Positions 28,574 to 38,649 of a DNA stretch of 44,122 bases are shown piece after piece (position 1 is the stretch's first letter; every line of letters begins with the position of its first letter). The position numbers and the translations under genes are program-made. Source of the DNA: Candidatus Rokuibacteriota bacterium (GTDB lineage Bacteria > Methylomirabilota > Methylomirabilia > Rokubacteriales > CSP1-6). The notes below the pieces were generated by a model. That model worked only from the letters and a program-made list of their open reading frames with translations. It was not told the DNA's origin and made no database searches. The stretch lies in the NCBI GenBank assembly GCA_016179875.1, contig JACPCH010000031.1, forward strand, positions 1 through 44,122. The letters are read 5' to 3'.

Positions 28574-29614
28574 GTGAGCGCGACGGGTCGGACCCCGATG
28601 AAGTTCGGCCTCCTGCTGAACACGCAGTTCCCGCCCGGTGAGTCGGCGAGTGCCCGCTTCCGGGCGCTCCTCGACCAGGTGCGCGCGGCGCGGGACCACG
28701 GCTTCAGCTCGGTGTGGGTGAGCCAGCACTACCTGGCCATGCCGTTCCAGATGCTCCAGTCGCTGCCCGCGCTGGCCCGCCTGGCCGCCGAGGCGGGAAC
28801 GATGCGGGTCGGGACCAACATCTTCCTGCTCACGATCCACAACCCCGTCTACGTGGCCGAGCAGGTCGCGACCATGGACGTGATCACGGAGGGTCGGTTC
28901 ATCTTCGGCGTCGGCCTCGGCTACCGGCCGGAGGAATTCGCGGCCATGGGCGTCGAGATGAAGACGCGCGTATCGCGCTTCATGGAGGTGCTGGAGGTGG
29001 CGCGCCGCCTCCTCACCGAGGACGAGGTCTCGCACGCGGGGCGCCACTTCACGCTCGACCGGGCCGCGCTCACGCTCAGGCCCGTCCAGCGGCCCCACCC
29101 GCCCATCTGGGTCGCCGCCAGCGGCGACCCCGCGGTCGAGCGCGCGGCGCGCCACGGGGATGCGTGGCTCATCAACCCCCACGCGAGCCTGCCGACCCTC
29201 GAGCGGCAGATGGCGCTCTACCGGAAAGCGCTCGCGGAGCTCGGCAAGCCCTTCCCCGGCGAGGCGCCGTTCCTCAAGGAGATGTTCGTCGCCGACTCGC
29301 GCCGGGCCGCGCTCGCCGAGGCCCGACCCTACCTCGAGAAGAAGTACCGGGCGTACGCGGAGTGGGGGCTCGACAAGCCGATGCCGAAGGAGGAGAGCCT
29401 GTCGGTGCCGTTCGAGGACCTCGCCCGCGACCGCTTCATCGTGGGCTCGGCGGAGGAGTGCGTGGCGGACATCGAGCGCCACCACCGGCGGCTCGGCGTG
29501 AACCACCTGATCGTCCGCGTGCAGTGGCCCGGCATGCCCCAGGCGAAGGCGCTCGAGCAGATCGAGCGGCTGGGCCGGGATATCATCGCCACGCTGGCGG
29601 GAAGCGGTCGATGA
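28574..29614 (+). CDS. Luciferase-like (LLM class) flavin- or F420-dependent oxidoreductase 1
   Basis: MKFG..., GFSSVWVSQHY, PVYVAEQVATMD..TEGRFIFGVGLGYRPEEF, PVQRPHPPIWVAA. Start GTG 28574 or ATG 28598. Confidence 0.93.
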   Translation: MSATGRTPMKFGLLLNTQFPPGESASARFRALLDQVRAARDHGFSSVWVSQHYLAMPFQMLQSLPALARLAAEAGTMRVGTNIFLLTIHNPVYVAEQVATMDVITEGRFIFGVGLGYRPEEFAAMGVEMKTRVSRFMEVLEVARRLLTEDEVSHAGRHFTLDRAALTLRPVQRPHPPIWVAASGDPAVERAARHGDAWLINPHASLPTLERQMALYRKALAELGKPFPGEAPFLKEMFVADSRRAALAEARPYLEKKYRAYAEWGLDKPMPKEESLSVPFEDLARDRFIVGSAEECVADIERHHRRLGVNHLIVRVQWPGMPQAKALEQIERLGRDIIATLAGSGR

Positions 29615-29663
29615 GCGCGACCACGACGCCGGCGGCGCGAGCCACAAGCCAAGGAGACGTTCG

Positions 29664-30704
29664 ATGAAATTCGGCCTCGTGCTCAACACCCAGTTCGTCG
29701 CGGGCGAGTCGCCCACGACGAAGTTCCGCGAGCTGCTCGATCAGGTGCGGGCGGCCCGCGACGCCGGCTTCGACTCCGTCTCGATCAGCCACCACTACCT
29801 CCTGACGCCCTTCGCGATGCTCCAGCCGCTCCCCGCGCTCGGTCGCATCGCCGCCGAGTCCGGCTCGATGCGGCTCGTCACCAATATCTTCCTGCTCACG
29901 ATCCACACGCCCGTCTACGTGGCCGAGCAGGTGGCGACCCTGGACGTGATCACCGAGGGCCGGTTCGTCTTCGGGGTCGGGCTCGGCTACCGGCCCGAGG
30001 AGTTCGCGGGGATGGGCGTTCCGATGACGACGCGCGTGTCGCGATTCGTCGAGGTGCTGGAGGTGGCCAAGCGCCTCTGGACCGAGGACGAGGTCACCCA
30101 CGCGGGGCGGCACTTCCGGCTCGATCGGGCCGCGCTGACCCTCAAGCCGGTGCAGCGGCCGCACCCCCCGATCTGGATCGCCGCCAGCGGCGACGCCGCC
30201 TTCGAGCGCGCGGCGCGCCTCGGCGACGCCTGCCTCATCAACCCGCACGCGAGCCTCGCCACCGTCGAGCGCCAGATGGCGCTCTACCGGAAGGCCCTCG
30301 GCGAGGCCGGCAAGCCCTTCCCGGCGGAGGCCCCGATCTTCAAGGAGCTTTCCATCGCCCGGACGCGCGAGGCGGCGATGGCGGAGGCCCGGCCTTACCT
30401 CGAGGCGAAGTACAAGGCGTACGCCGACTGGGGGCTCGACAAGCCGATGCCCAAGGAGGAGAGCCTCTCGGCGCCGTTCGCTGAGCTGGCCCGCGACCGC
30501 TTCATCATCGGGACGCCCGAGGAGTGCCGCGCCGAGCTCGTCCGGTACAACGAGCGGGTCGGTGTGAACCACTTCCTCCTCCGCCCCCAGTGGCCGGGGA
30601 TGCCGCAGAAGCAGGTGCTGGGCCAGATCGAGCTGTTCGGCCGGGAGGTGCTGCCGGCCTTCGCGACGGAGCGCGGCGGGACGCGGACGGGGAGGCTCGA
30701 GTGA
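29664..30704 (+). CDS. Luciferase-like (LLM class) oxidoreductase 2, tandem paralog of the preceding gene
   Basis: Same motifs with long identical blocks (INPHASL.T.ERQMALYRKAL, WGLDKPMPKEESLS); RBS AAGGAG. Confidence 0.93.
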   Translation: MKFGLVLNTQFVAGESPTTKFRELLDQVRAARDAGFDSVSISHHYLLTPFAMLQPLPALGRIAAESGSMRLVTNIFLLTIHTPVYVAEQVATLDVITEGRFVFGVGLGYRPEEFAGMGVPMTTRVSRFVEVLEVAKRLWTEDEVTHAGRHFRLDRAALTLKPVQRPHPPIWIAASGDAAFERAARLGDACLINPHASLATVERQMALYRKALGEAGKPFPAEAPIFKELSIARTREAAMAEARPYLEAKYKAYADWGLDKPMPKEESLSAPFAELARDRFIIGTPEECRAELVRYNERVGVNHFLLRPQWPGMPQKQVLGQIELFGREVLPAFATERGGTRTGRLE

Positions 30705-31477
30705 GCGACGTCGTCATCCACTTCGCGGGCGTGAGCAAGAACTTCGCCGCGAAGGGCGGGATCACCGAGGCGGTGCGCGACGTGAATCTCCCCATCGCTC
30801 GCAACGAGTTCGTCTGCGTGGTGGGTCCGAGCGGGTGCGGCAAGACGACGCTGCTCCAGCTCTGCGCGGGCCTGGCCCGGCCCACCGCGGGCCGCGTCGT
30901 CTACAAGGGGAGGGAGATCACCGGCATCAACACGGACGCCGGCTATATCACCCAGGAGAGCAACCTCTACCCGTGGCGCAGCCTCATCGAGAACGTCGAG
31001 TTCTCGCTGGAGATGCGCGGGATGGCGAAGGCCGAGCGCCGCCGGGAGGCCCAGCAGTTCATCGACCTCATGGGGTTGGCGGGCTTCGAGGAGCACTACC
31101 CCTACCAGCTCTCGGGGGGGATGCAGAAGCGAGCGTCCATCGCCCGCACGATGGTCTACGACCCCGACGTCGTGCTGATGGACGAGCCGTTCGGTGCCCT
31201 GGACGCGCAGACGCGGATGATCCTCCAGGCCGAGCTCCTCAAGGTGTGGTCCCTCAAGGCCAAGACCATCCTCTTCATCACCCACGACATCGTGGAGGCC
31301 ATCGCGCTGGCCGACCGGGTCGTCCTCATGACCCGCCGCCCGGGGACGATCAAGGACGTCTTCCGCGTCGACCTCCCGCGGCCCCGGAACGTCTTCGAGA
31401 TCCACGGCCAGCCGGGGTTCGCCGAGATGTACCGGCGGATCTGGGAGCACTTCAAGGTCGAGATGAAGGTCGAGTGA
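30701..31477 (+). CDS. NitT/TauT (SsuB/TauB-like) ABC ATPase
   Basis: GPSGCGKTT, YPYQLSGGMQKR, LMDEPFGALDAQTR, FITHDIVEA; GTG overlapping the upstream stop. Confidence 0.95.
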   Translation: MSDVVIHFAGVSKNFAAKGGITEAVRDVNLPIARNEFVCVVGPSGCGKTTLLQLCAGLARPTAGRVVYKGREITGINTDAGYITQESNLYPWRSLIENVEFSLEMRGMAKAERRREAQQFIDLMGLAGFEEHYPYQLSGGMQKRASIARTMVYDPDVVLMDEPFGALDAQTRMILQAELLKVWSLKAKTILFITHDIVEAIALADRVVLMTRRPGTIKDVFRVDLPRPRNVFEIHGQPGFAEMYRRIWEHFKVEMKVE

Positions 31478-31487
31478 CGGACGGACG

Positions 31488-32258
31488 ATGACGGCCAAGG
31501 TCCCGTTGCTCCGGCTCCTGGTGGCGGCGTCCCTGCTCGCCGCGTGGCAGCTCGCGTCGGGCCGGCTCATCGCCGAGATCTTCCTCAGCAGCCCGTGGCT
31601 CGTCGTGCACCGGCTGGTCGAGCTCGCGGCCACCGGGGAGATCTTCCTTCACCTGCGCGTGACCGTGACCGAGGTCGTCGTGGGCTACGTGCTCGGCGCC
31701 ATCGTCGGGATCGGGCTCGGCTTCCCCACCGGCCGCTCGACGACGCTGAGCCAGACCATCGAGCCGTTCCTCATGGCCTTCTACTCCATCCCCAAGATGG
31801 CCCTGGCCCCGCTGTTCGTCATCTGGCTCGGCATCGGGCTCGCCTCGAAGGTCGCCATCGTCTTCCTCTCGGTGTTCTTCCTCACCTTCTTCAACACCTA
31901 CGCCGGCGTGCGGAACGTGAGCGAGGAGCTCGTGAGCCTCGCCCGGATCATGCGCGCCTCCCGGGGCCAGGTCCTCACCAGGGTGATCCTCCCCGCCGCC
32001 ATCCCGTCGATCATGCTCGGGCTCCGGATGGCGCTGCCCTACGGCATCATCGGGGCGTTCGTGGGCGAGTTCATCGCCGCCAACCGGGGCATCGGGTACT
32101 TCATCCTCTTCTCCGCGTCCACGTTCGACTCCACCGGGGTGTTCGCGGGCGTCTTCACGCTCCTGGCCCTGGTGGTGCTGGCCAACTGGGCGCTCGGTCG
32201 CCTGGAGCGCCGGCTGGTGCGCTGGAAGCCGGTCCAGGAGACGAAGGTCGCCATTTGA
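31488..32258 (+). CDS. NitT/TauT (SsuC/TauC-like) ABC permease
   Basis: YSIPKMALAPLFVIWLGIG; EAA-like loop ARIMRASRGQV; VGEFIAANRGIG. Confidence 0.94.
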   Translation: MTAKVPLLRLLVAASLLAAWQLASGRLIAEIFLSSPWLVVHRLVELAATGEIFLHLRVTVTEVVVGYVLGAIVGIGLGFPTGRSTTLSQTIEPFLMAFYSIPKMALAPLFVIWLGIGLASKVAIVFLSVFFLTFFNTYAGVRNVSEELVSLARIMRASRGQVLTRVILPAAIPSIMLGLRMALPYGIIGAFVGEFIAANRGIGYFILFSASTFDSTGVFAGVFTLLALVVLANWALGRLERRLVRWKPVQETKVAI

Positions 32259-32302
32259 GGGGCGCGGCTCTGGACATTCACGGTCGTCACAAGGAGGTCG
32301 CC

Positions 32303-33340
32303 ATGGGTCGCATTGCACGGATCGCGATCGTCGCGCTCGCCCTGGTGCTCGTCGGGACCCCCGTCGCGGGGATGGGGGAGGCCGGCGCCGCCGAGCGGGT
32401 GAAGGTAAGCATGATCCAGTCCTTCCAGGCCATGTCCTTCGCGAGCATCTACGTGGCGCGCGCGCAGAACTTCTTCGAGCAGGAAGGCGTGGACCTGGAC
32501 CTCCAGATCGTCCGCGGTGACGTGGTGGCCGCGCAGGCGCTCGTCGGCCGCACCGCCCCCATGGCGGCGCTCGGCGGCACCGAGGCGACGACGTTCTGGA
32601 GCCGCGGCATCAAGGACTTCATCGCCGTCGTTCCCGTGATCAGCGCGGTCACCACGAGCGTCGCCGTGCGGAAGGACCTCGTGGAGGCCAGGGGGCTCAG
32701 CCGTTCTCTCCCCATCGCGAAGCGAATCGCCGCCCTCAAGGGGCTCCGGATCGCCACCGCCAGCCCGGGCGGCGCCGTCTACACCGTCGTCTCATACCTG
32801 CTGCGGCGGGAAGGCATCGACCCGAAGACGGACGCGACGCTCATCTCGATGGGTGGTCCGGTCGAGATGCTGGCAGCCCTCAAGGCCCGGCAGATCGACG
32901 CCATCGCGATGTCGCCGCCCGCCCCCGAGACCGCGGAGGCCGAGGGGGCCGGCACCGTCCTCGTGGCGGTGGCCAAGGGCGACGTCCCCGAGCTGGCCAA
33001 CATCCCCTACGACATCCTCCTCGTGAGCCGGGACTACGCGGCGAAGAACGGGGAGGCCGTGCGGCGGGTGGTACGGGCCATCGTCCGCGCGTCGGCCTTC
33101 ATCCGGGAGAATCCCGCGGGGACGCGCGACAGCCTGCAGAAGTACTTCGACAAAGTCCCCCTGGAGGTGCTGACCGAGGTGGCGAAGAGCCTCCAGACGG
33201 CCGTCAACCCCGACGCCCGGTTCACCGAGGAGATGTGGAAGAACCAGATGATCTTCGACGTCAAGGCGGCCAAGATCAAGGAGCCCCTCGACACGCGGGA
33301 AGGCGTGCTGTGGACGAACGAGTACAATGCCCGCAAGTGA
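32303..33340 (+). CDS. NitT/TauT (NMT1/SsuA-like) substrate-binding protein 1
   Basis: Signal peptide; IYVARAQNFFEQEGVD; LKGLRIA; ALKARQIDA; RBS AAGGAGG. Confidence 0.92.
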   Translation: MGRIARIAIVALALVLVGTPVAGMGEAGAAERVKVSMIQSFQAMSFASIYVARAQNFFEQEGVDLDLQIVRGDVVAAQALVGRTAPMAALGGTEATTFWSRGIKDFIAVVPVISAVTTSVAVRKDLVEARGLSRSLPIAKRIAALKGLRIATASPGGAVYTVVSYLLRREGIDPKTDATLISMGGPVEMLAALKARQIDAIAMSPPAPETAEAEGAGTVLVAVAKGDVPELANIPYDILLVSRDYAAKNGEAVRRVVRAIVRASAFIRENPAGTRDSLQKYFDKVPLEVLTEVAKSLQTAVNPDARFTEEMWKNQMIFDVKAAKIKEPLDTREGVLWTNEYNARK

Positions 33341-33362
33341 CGCTACGGGAAGGGGAACCGAC

Positions 33363-34412
33363 ATGGTGAACATTTGGCGCCGCGCGCGCCTGCCTCTCGC
33401 CCTCGGACTCTGCGTGAGGGCCCTCGCGATCGTGCTCGCCGCCTTCGCCGCCGGCCAAGCGGCCGAGCGGCCCAAGGTCACGCTCCTGCAAGGCTTCCAG
33501 TCCATGTCCTTCGCGCCCATCTACGTGGCGCGGGCCGAGAGGCTCTTCGAGGCCGAGGGGCTCGACGTGGACGTGCAGGTCGTGCGCGGCGCCTCCATCG
33601 CCTTCCAGGGCGTGGTGGGAGGCCAGGCGCCGTTCGCAGCCATGGGGGCCACCGAGCTGATCACTGCCGCCGACAAAGGGCTCGCCGGGGTCGTCGCGGT
33701 CGCGGCCGTGAACCGGGCGATCACGGTGAGCCTCGCCGTGCACAGGGACGTCGCCACCGCCCGGGGCCTCTCCCGGGCCATGCCCATCAAGGAGCGGCTC
33801 CAGGCGCTCCGGGGCCTCCGCATCGCCTCGGCGAGCCCGGGCGGCGCCATTCACACCGTGCTCCTCTACATGCTCAAGCAGGGTGGGCTCGACCCCATCC
33901 GCGACGTGACGGTGATCGCCATGGGCGGGCAGGCCGAGATGCTCGCTGCGCTCCAGGCCAAGCGCGTGGACGCCCTCGCCGTCTCGCCGCCCGGGCCGGA
34001 GACCGTCGCCGCCCAGGGCATCGCCGTGCTCCTGATCGCCCTGTCCCGGGGCGACATGCCGGAACTCGGCAACATCGCCTACGACGCGCTCGTCACCCCC
34101 CGCGACTACGCGGAGAAGAACCCGGAGATCGTGCGGAAGGTCGCGCGGGCCATCGGCCGGGGCTCGGCCTTCGTGGTCGATCGCCCCGAGGAGACGCGGA
34201 AGCTCATGCTCGGGTTCTTCGACAAGACCTCGCCCGACGTGATGCGGGAGGTCGTCGAGAACTTGAAGAACGCGTTCACCCGGGATGGGCGCTTCACCGA
34301 GGAGATGTGGAAGAACGCCGTCCGCTTCAACCTGGAGGCGGGGAAGATCCGGAAGCCGCTCGAGACCCGCGAGGGCGTCCTCTGGACCAACGCCTACAAC
34401 CCCGGCCGGTAG
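33363..34412 (+). CDS. NitT/TauT (NMT1/SsuA-like) substrate-binding protein 2, tandem paralog
   Basis: FQSMSFAPIYVAR, GLRIASASPGGA, RFTEEMWKN, TREGVLWTN shared with the preceding gene. Confidence 0.92.
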   Translation: MVNIWRRARLPLALGLCVRALAIVLAAFAAGQAAERPKVTLLQGFQSMSFAPIYVARAERLFEAEGLDVDVQVVRGASIAFQGVVGGQAPFAAMGATELITAADKGLAGVVAVAAVNRAITVSLAVHRDVATARGLSRAMPIKERLQALRGLRIASASPGGAIHTVLLYMLKQGGLDPIRDVTVIAMGGQAEMLAALQAKRVDALAVSPPGPETVAAQGIAVLLIALSRGDMPELGNIAYDALVTPRDYAEKNPEIVRKVARAIGRGSAFVVDRPEETRKLMLGFFDKTSPDVMREVVENLKNAFTRDGRFTEEMWKNAVRFNLEAGKIRKPLETREGVLWTNAYNPGR

Positions 34413-34413
34413 G

Positions 34414-35421
34414 ATGCACGTCGACATCCACGCCCACGTGATCCCGCGCCCGTACCTCGAGCGGGTGCGGCGCGGGGACGTCCCGGGGGTGCGGATCGAG
34501 GTGGGCGATGCCGGGGGGGAGGTCATGAGCGTGGCCGGCGGCGGCCCGACCGGCCCCGTCGCCCAGCGCTTGGCCCTGGCCCCGGGCTACCACGACGCGC
34601 GCGCCCGCGTGGCGGAGATGGACGCGGCCTCGGTCGACGTCCACGTGCTCTCGCCGCTCCAGTTCCTCTTCCACTACTGGATCGACGCGAAGGCGGCGGC
34701 AGAACTGGCACGCCTGGTGAATGACGGCATCGCCGAGATGGTGGGCGAGCGGCCGGACCGCTTCGTGGGCATGGCCACCCTCCCGCTCCAGGACATCGGT
34801 GCCGCCGTGGGCGAGCTGGAGCGCGTCCACCGGGACCTCGGCCTGCGCGCCGTCGAGATCGGCACCCACGTCGCGGGGACATCGCTGGATGCCCCCGCGC
34901 TCGACCAGTTCTGGGCGCGCGCCGAGGCGCTCGAGACCCTGATCTTCGTCCACCCCTACGCACCGCTCGGCGCCGACCGTCTCGGCGCGTACTTCCTGCG
35001 CAACATCCTGGGCAACCCATTCGAGACAGCGCTCGCCATGAGCCATCTCCTGCTCGGCGGCGTCCTCGAACGGTTCCCCGGGCTCCGGCTCTGCTTCGCC
35101 CACGGCGGGGGGGCGATGCCGTACGTGATCGGGCGCCTGGAGCGGGGGTTCGACGTGAGCCCGGCCTGCCGGGCGAAGGCCGCGGAGCGGCCGGCCGCCG
35201 CCCTCGGGCGTGTGTACTACGACACGATCGTCCACGACGCGCCCGCCCTCGAGTACCTGATCGCGCGCGTGGGCGCCTCCCGGGTGCTCCTGGGGAGCGA
35301 CTATCCCTTCGACATCGGGGATCCGGACCCGGTGCGCACGGTGGAGAAGCTCGGGATCGACCGCGGGGCGAAGCGCGCGATCCTCGGCGGCAACGCCGCC
35401 GCGCTCCTCCACCTCGGCTAG
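34414..35421 (+). CDS. Amidohydrolase_2 family protein (ACMSD / isoorotate / aromatic-acid decarboxylase-like)
   Basis: VDIHAH, IFVHP, AHGGG..P...GRL, YYDT, LGSDYPF. Confidence 0.92.
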   Translation: MHVDIHAHVIPRPYLERVRRGDVPGVRIEVGDAGGEVMSVAGGGPTGPVAQRLALAPGYHDARARVAEMDAASVDVHVLSPLQFLFHYWIDAKAAAELARLVNDGIAEMVGERPDRFVGMATLPLQDIGAAVGELERVHRDLGLRAVEIGTHVAGTSLDAPALDQFWARAEALETLIFVHPYAPLGADRLGAYFLRNILGNPFETALAMSHLLLGGVLERFPGLRLCFAHGGGAMPYVIGRLERGFDVSPACRAKAAERPAAALGRVYYDTIVHDAPALEYLIARVGASRVLLGSDYPFDIGDPDPVRTVEKLGIDRGAKRAILGGNAAALLHLG

Positions 35422-35434
35422 GGACGGACCAGCG

Positions 35435-37774
35435 ATGGCGGGGCGATGGGTCGGCGCGCGGCTCCGGCGAAAGGAGGATCAGCGGCTCCTCACCGGGTCG
35501 GGGAGGTTTCTGGCCGACCTCCGGCTGCCGGGGATGCTCTCCGCCGTCATCGTCCGCAGCCCGCACGCCCACGCGCGCATCGTCGCGATCAACGCCGCCC
35601 GGGCCCGGGCCGAGCGCGGCGTCGCCGCCGTGTTCATCGGACCCGACCTCGGCGCCGTCGGCCGGATCCCCATGCGCATGTCGCCGCGGGCCGAGGTGGT
35701 CGAGTGCCTGCAGCGCCCGCTCGCCCTCGGTCGCGTCCGCTACGTCGGCGATCCGGTAGCGGTCGTCGTCGCCGAGGATCGGTACCGGGCCGAGGACGCG
35801 GCCGAGCTGGTGGAGATGGACCTCGAGCCGCTCCCGGTGGTCACGGAGGCGCGGCAGGCGCTCGAGCCGGGCGCGCCCGTCGTGCACGAGTCGCTCGGCC
35901 GAAACCTCGCGGAGCGGCTCGTCATGGGGTGCGGCGAGCCCGAGCGGGCCCTCCGGGAGGCGCCGGTGCGTGTGCGCGACCGGTTCAAGGTCCACCGCCA
36001 CACCGGCGTGCCTCTGGAGACGCGCGGGCTCCTCGCCCAGTTCGAGCCGGGCACAAGCGCCCTCACCGTGTGGGGCCCGACCAAGGTGCCGCACTTCAAC
36101 CGAGGCGTGCTGTCCGACCTCCTTGGCTGGCCCGAGCATCTGGTGCGGTTCGTCGAGACCGACGTGGGCGGGGGGTTTGGGATCCGCGGCGAGTTCTACC
36201 CGGAGGACTTCCTGGTCCCGTGGGCGGCGATGCGCCTCCGGCGGCCGGTGCAGTGGGTCGAGGACCGGCGCGAGCACCTGCTCGCGGCCAACCACTCCCG
36301 CGAGCAGCTCCACGAGATCGAGATCGGCGCGGACAGGGACGGCCGGATCGTCGCGCTCGTGGACCGGATCTACGCGGACATGGGGGCCTACATCCGGACG
36401 CACGGGTTCGTCGTGCCCGACCGCACGGCGGCGATGCTGCCCGGCCCCTACCGGATCCCGAACTACGGCGCCGAGGTCCTCTGCGCCTTCACGAACAAGA
36501 CGCCCTGCGGGACGTATCGGTCGCCTGGCCGCTACGAGGGGACGGTGGTCCGCGAGCGGATCGTGGACCGGCTGGCCGGCGAGCTCGGCCTCGACCCGGC
36601 CGAGGTGCGCCGGCGCAACTTCGTGTCGCCCGCCGACATGCCCTACGACGTGGGCGCGACCGCCGACTACGATCCCGTCGTCTACGACAGCGGCGACTTC
36701 CGGGGCGCGTTCGACGCGGCGCTGGAGGCCGCCGACTACGAGTCGCTCCGGAACCGCCAGGCGGAGGCGCGCCGGGAGGGGCGCTCGGTCGGCATCGGGA
36801 TCGGCTGCTTCGTCGAGAAGTCGGGCACCGGCCCCTGGGAGCACGCGCGGGTCGAGATCGACGGATCGGGGCGGGTGGTGGTTTTCACCGGACTCGCTTC
36901 CCTCGGACAGGGCCTCGAGACGACGCTCGCGCAGATCTGCGCAGACGAGCTCGGCGTGCATCCGGACGACATCACCGTCGTCCACGGCGACACGGCGCGG
37001 ATCCCGTACGGCGTGGGGACGTTCGGGAGCCGGGGTGCGGTCGTCGGCGGCAACGCCGTGGCCCAGGCGGCGTCCGCGCTGCGGGAACGGATCAAGTCGT
37101 TCGCTGCCCTGCGGCTCGAGCTGAGCCCCGAGGACCTCGTGCTCGACGCCGGGCGCGTCCACCCGCGCGGCGTCCCCGACCGGGGGCTCACGCTCCGAGA
37201 GCTCGCCCGGGCGGCGGCGCCCGGTCAACCGCTGCCGCCCGGCCTCGAGCCCGGGCTCAGCGCCAGCGCGATCTTCAAGGCGCCCATGCGGGTCTATCCC
37301 TACGGGACGCACGTGGCGACGGTGGAGGTGGACCCGGAAACGGGACGGGTGACGGTCATGCGCTACGTGATCGCCTATGACATCGGGCGCGCCATCAACC
37401 CGATGATCGTCGAGGGGCAGCTGGCCGGCGGTCTCGCCCAGGGCCTCGGGGGGGCGCTGCTCGAGGAGCTCGTCTATGACGAAGGGGGGCAGCTCCTGAC
37501 GACCACCTTCATGGACTACCTCCTGCCGACGGCCATGGAGATGCCGGAGGCGACCGTGATCCACGTGCTCGAGAAGTCGCCGTCCCCGCTCAACCCGCTC
37601 GGCATCAAGGGCGCGGGCGAGGGAGGGTGCACGGGCTCGGGGGCGGCCCTCGCCAACGCCGTCGCCGACGCGCTGGCTCCGCTGGGCGTCGCGGTGACGG
37701 GCCTGCCGCTCACGCCGGCGACGATCGTCGCCTCCATCCGGGCGGCGGCGTCGCGGCGGGAGGCGCGTCGATGA
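35435..37774 (+). CDS. Xanthine-oxidase-family molybdopterin-binding large subunit L3
   Basis: RKEDQRLLTG, RHTGVPLE, WGPTKVPH, VGGGFGIRGE, loop TYRSPGRYE, GTFGSR, KGAGEGG. Confidence 0.95.
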   Translation: MAGRWVGARLRRKEDQRLLTGSGRFLADLRLPGMLSAVIVRSPHAHARIVAINAARARAERGVAAVFIGPDLGAVGRIPMRMSPRAEVVECLQRPLALGRVRYVGDPVAVVVAEDRYRAEDAAELVEMDLEPLPVVTEARQALEPGAPVVHESLGRNLAERLVMGCGEPERALREAPVRVRDRFKVHRHTGVPLETRGLLAQFEPGTSALTVWGPTKVPHFNRGVLSDLLGWPEHLVRFVETDVGGGFGIRGEFYPEDFLVPWAAMRLRRPVQWVEDRREHLLAANHSREQLHEIEIGADRDGRIVALVDRIYADMGAYIRTHGFVVPDRTAAMLPGPYRIPNYGAEVLCAFTNKTPCGTYRSPGRYEGTVVRERIVDRLAGELGLDPAEVRRRNFVSPADMPYDVGATADYDPVVYDSGDFRGAFDAALEAADYESLRNRQAEARREGRSVGIGIGCFVEKSGTGPWEHARVEIDGSGRVVVFTGLASLGQGLETTLAQICADELGVHPDDITVVHGDTARIPYGVGTFGSRGAVVGGNAVAQAASALRERIKSFAALRLELSPEDLVLDAGRVHPRGVPDRGLTLRELARAAAPGQPLPPGLEPGLSASAIFKAPMRVYPYGTHVATVEVDPETGRVTVMRYVIAYDIGRAINPMIVEGQLAGGLAQGLGGALLEELVYDEGGQLLTTTFMDYLLPTAMEMPEATVIHVLEKSPSPLNPLGIKGAGEGGCTGSGAALANAVADALAPLGVAVTGLPLTPATIVASIRAAASRREARR

Positions 37775-38649
37775 AGCCGCCCCGCTTCGAGTATTTCGAC
37801 CCGACCACCGTGGAGGCCGCGCTCGACCTCCTCGGCGAGCACGGCGAGAACGCGAAGGTCCTCGCCGGCGGCCAGAGCCTGATGCCGCTCCTCAACTTCC
37901 GCCTCATCCGCCCCCAGGTCCTCGTGGACCTGAACGGCATCGGCGCGCTCGCCTACGTGCGGCCCTGTGACGGCGGCCTCGCCCTCGGCGCCCTCACGCG
38001 GCAGCGCGCGCTGGAGCGCTCCGCGGTCGTGCGCGAGCGCTGCCCGCTCGTAGCGCAGGCGGTGCCGTTCATCGGCCACGCCGCCATTCGCAATCGCGGG
38101 ACGATCGGAGGCACGCTCGCCCACGCCGACCCCGCCGCCGAGCTGCCGGCGGTCGTCACCGCCCTCGGGGGAACGCTGGTGCTCAGGAGTATCCGGGGCG
38201 AGCGCGTGCTGCCGGCCGACCGGTTCTTCGTCTCCTACCTCACGACGGCGGCGGCGCCGGACGAGATCCTGGTGGAGGTGCGGCTGCCCGGCGCGGGTTC
38301 GCGCACCGGCTCGGCCTTCCAGGAGGTGAGCCGGCGCCACGGCGACTTCGCCCTCGTCGGCGTCGCGGCGATCGTCTCGCTCGGCGCCGACGACGTCTGC
38401 ACGGCGGCGTCGGTCGCCGTGGCCGGCGTGGGGCCGGTGCCCCTCCGCGTCGATGACGCCACGCGCCTGCTCCTCGGCGAGAAGCCCGACGAGCGGACGC
38501 TCGCCGAAGTGGGACGGCGCGTCTCCGAGCAGCTCACGCCCGACGCGGACCTCCACGCCTCCAGCGAGTATCGAAAGCAGGTCGCCGGCGTGCTGGCCCG
38601 GCGGGCGCTGGGCGAGGCCCTCGGCAAGGCCCGAGGAGGCGGCGCATGA
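37771..38649 (+). CDS. Molybdenum hydroxylase FAD-binding subunit 3
   Basis: MKPPRFEY, LAGGQSLMPLLNFR, IRNRGTIGG.LAHADPAAE, RRHGDFA. Confidence 0.95.
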   Translation: MKPPRFEYFDPTTVEAALDLLGEHGENAKVLAGGQSLMPLLNFRLIRPQVLVDLNGIGALAYVRPCDGGLALGALTRQRALERSAVVRERCPLVAQAVPFIGHAAIRNRGTIGGTLAHADPAAELPAVVTALGGTLVLRSIRGERVLPADRFFVSYLTTAAAPDEILVEVRLPGAGSRTGSAFQEVSRRHGDFALVGVAAIVSLGADDVCTAASVAVAGVGPVPLRVDDATRLLLGEKPDERTLAEVGRRVSEQLTPDADLHASSEYRKQVAGVLARRALGEALGKARGGGA

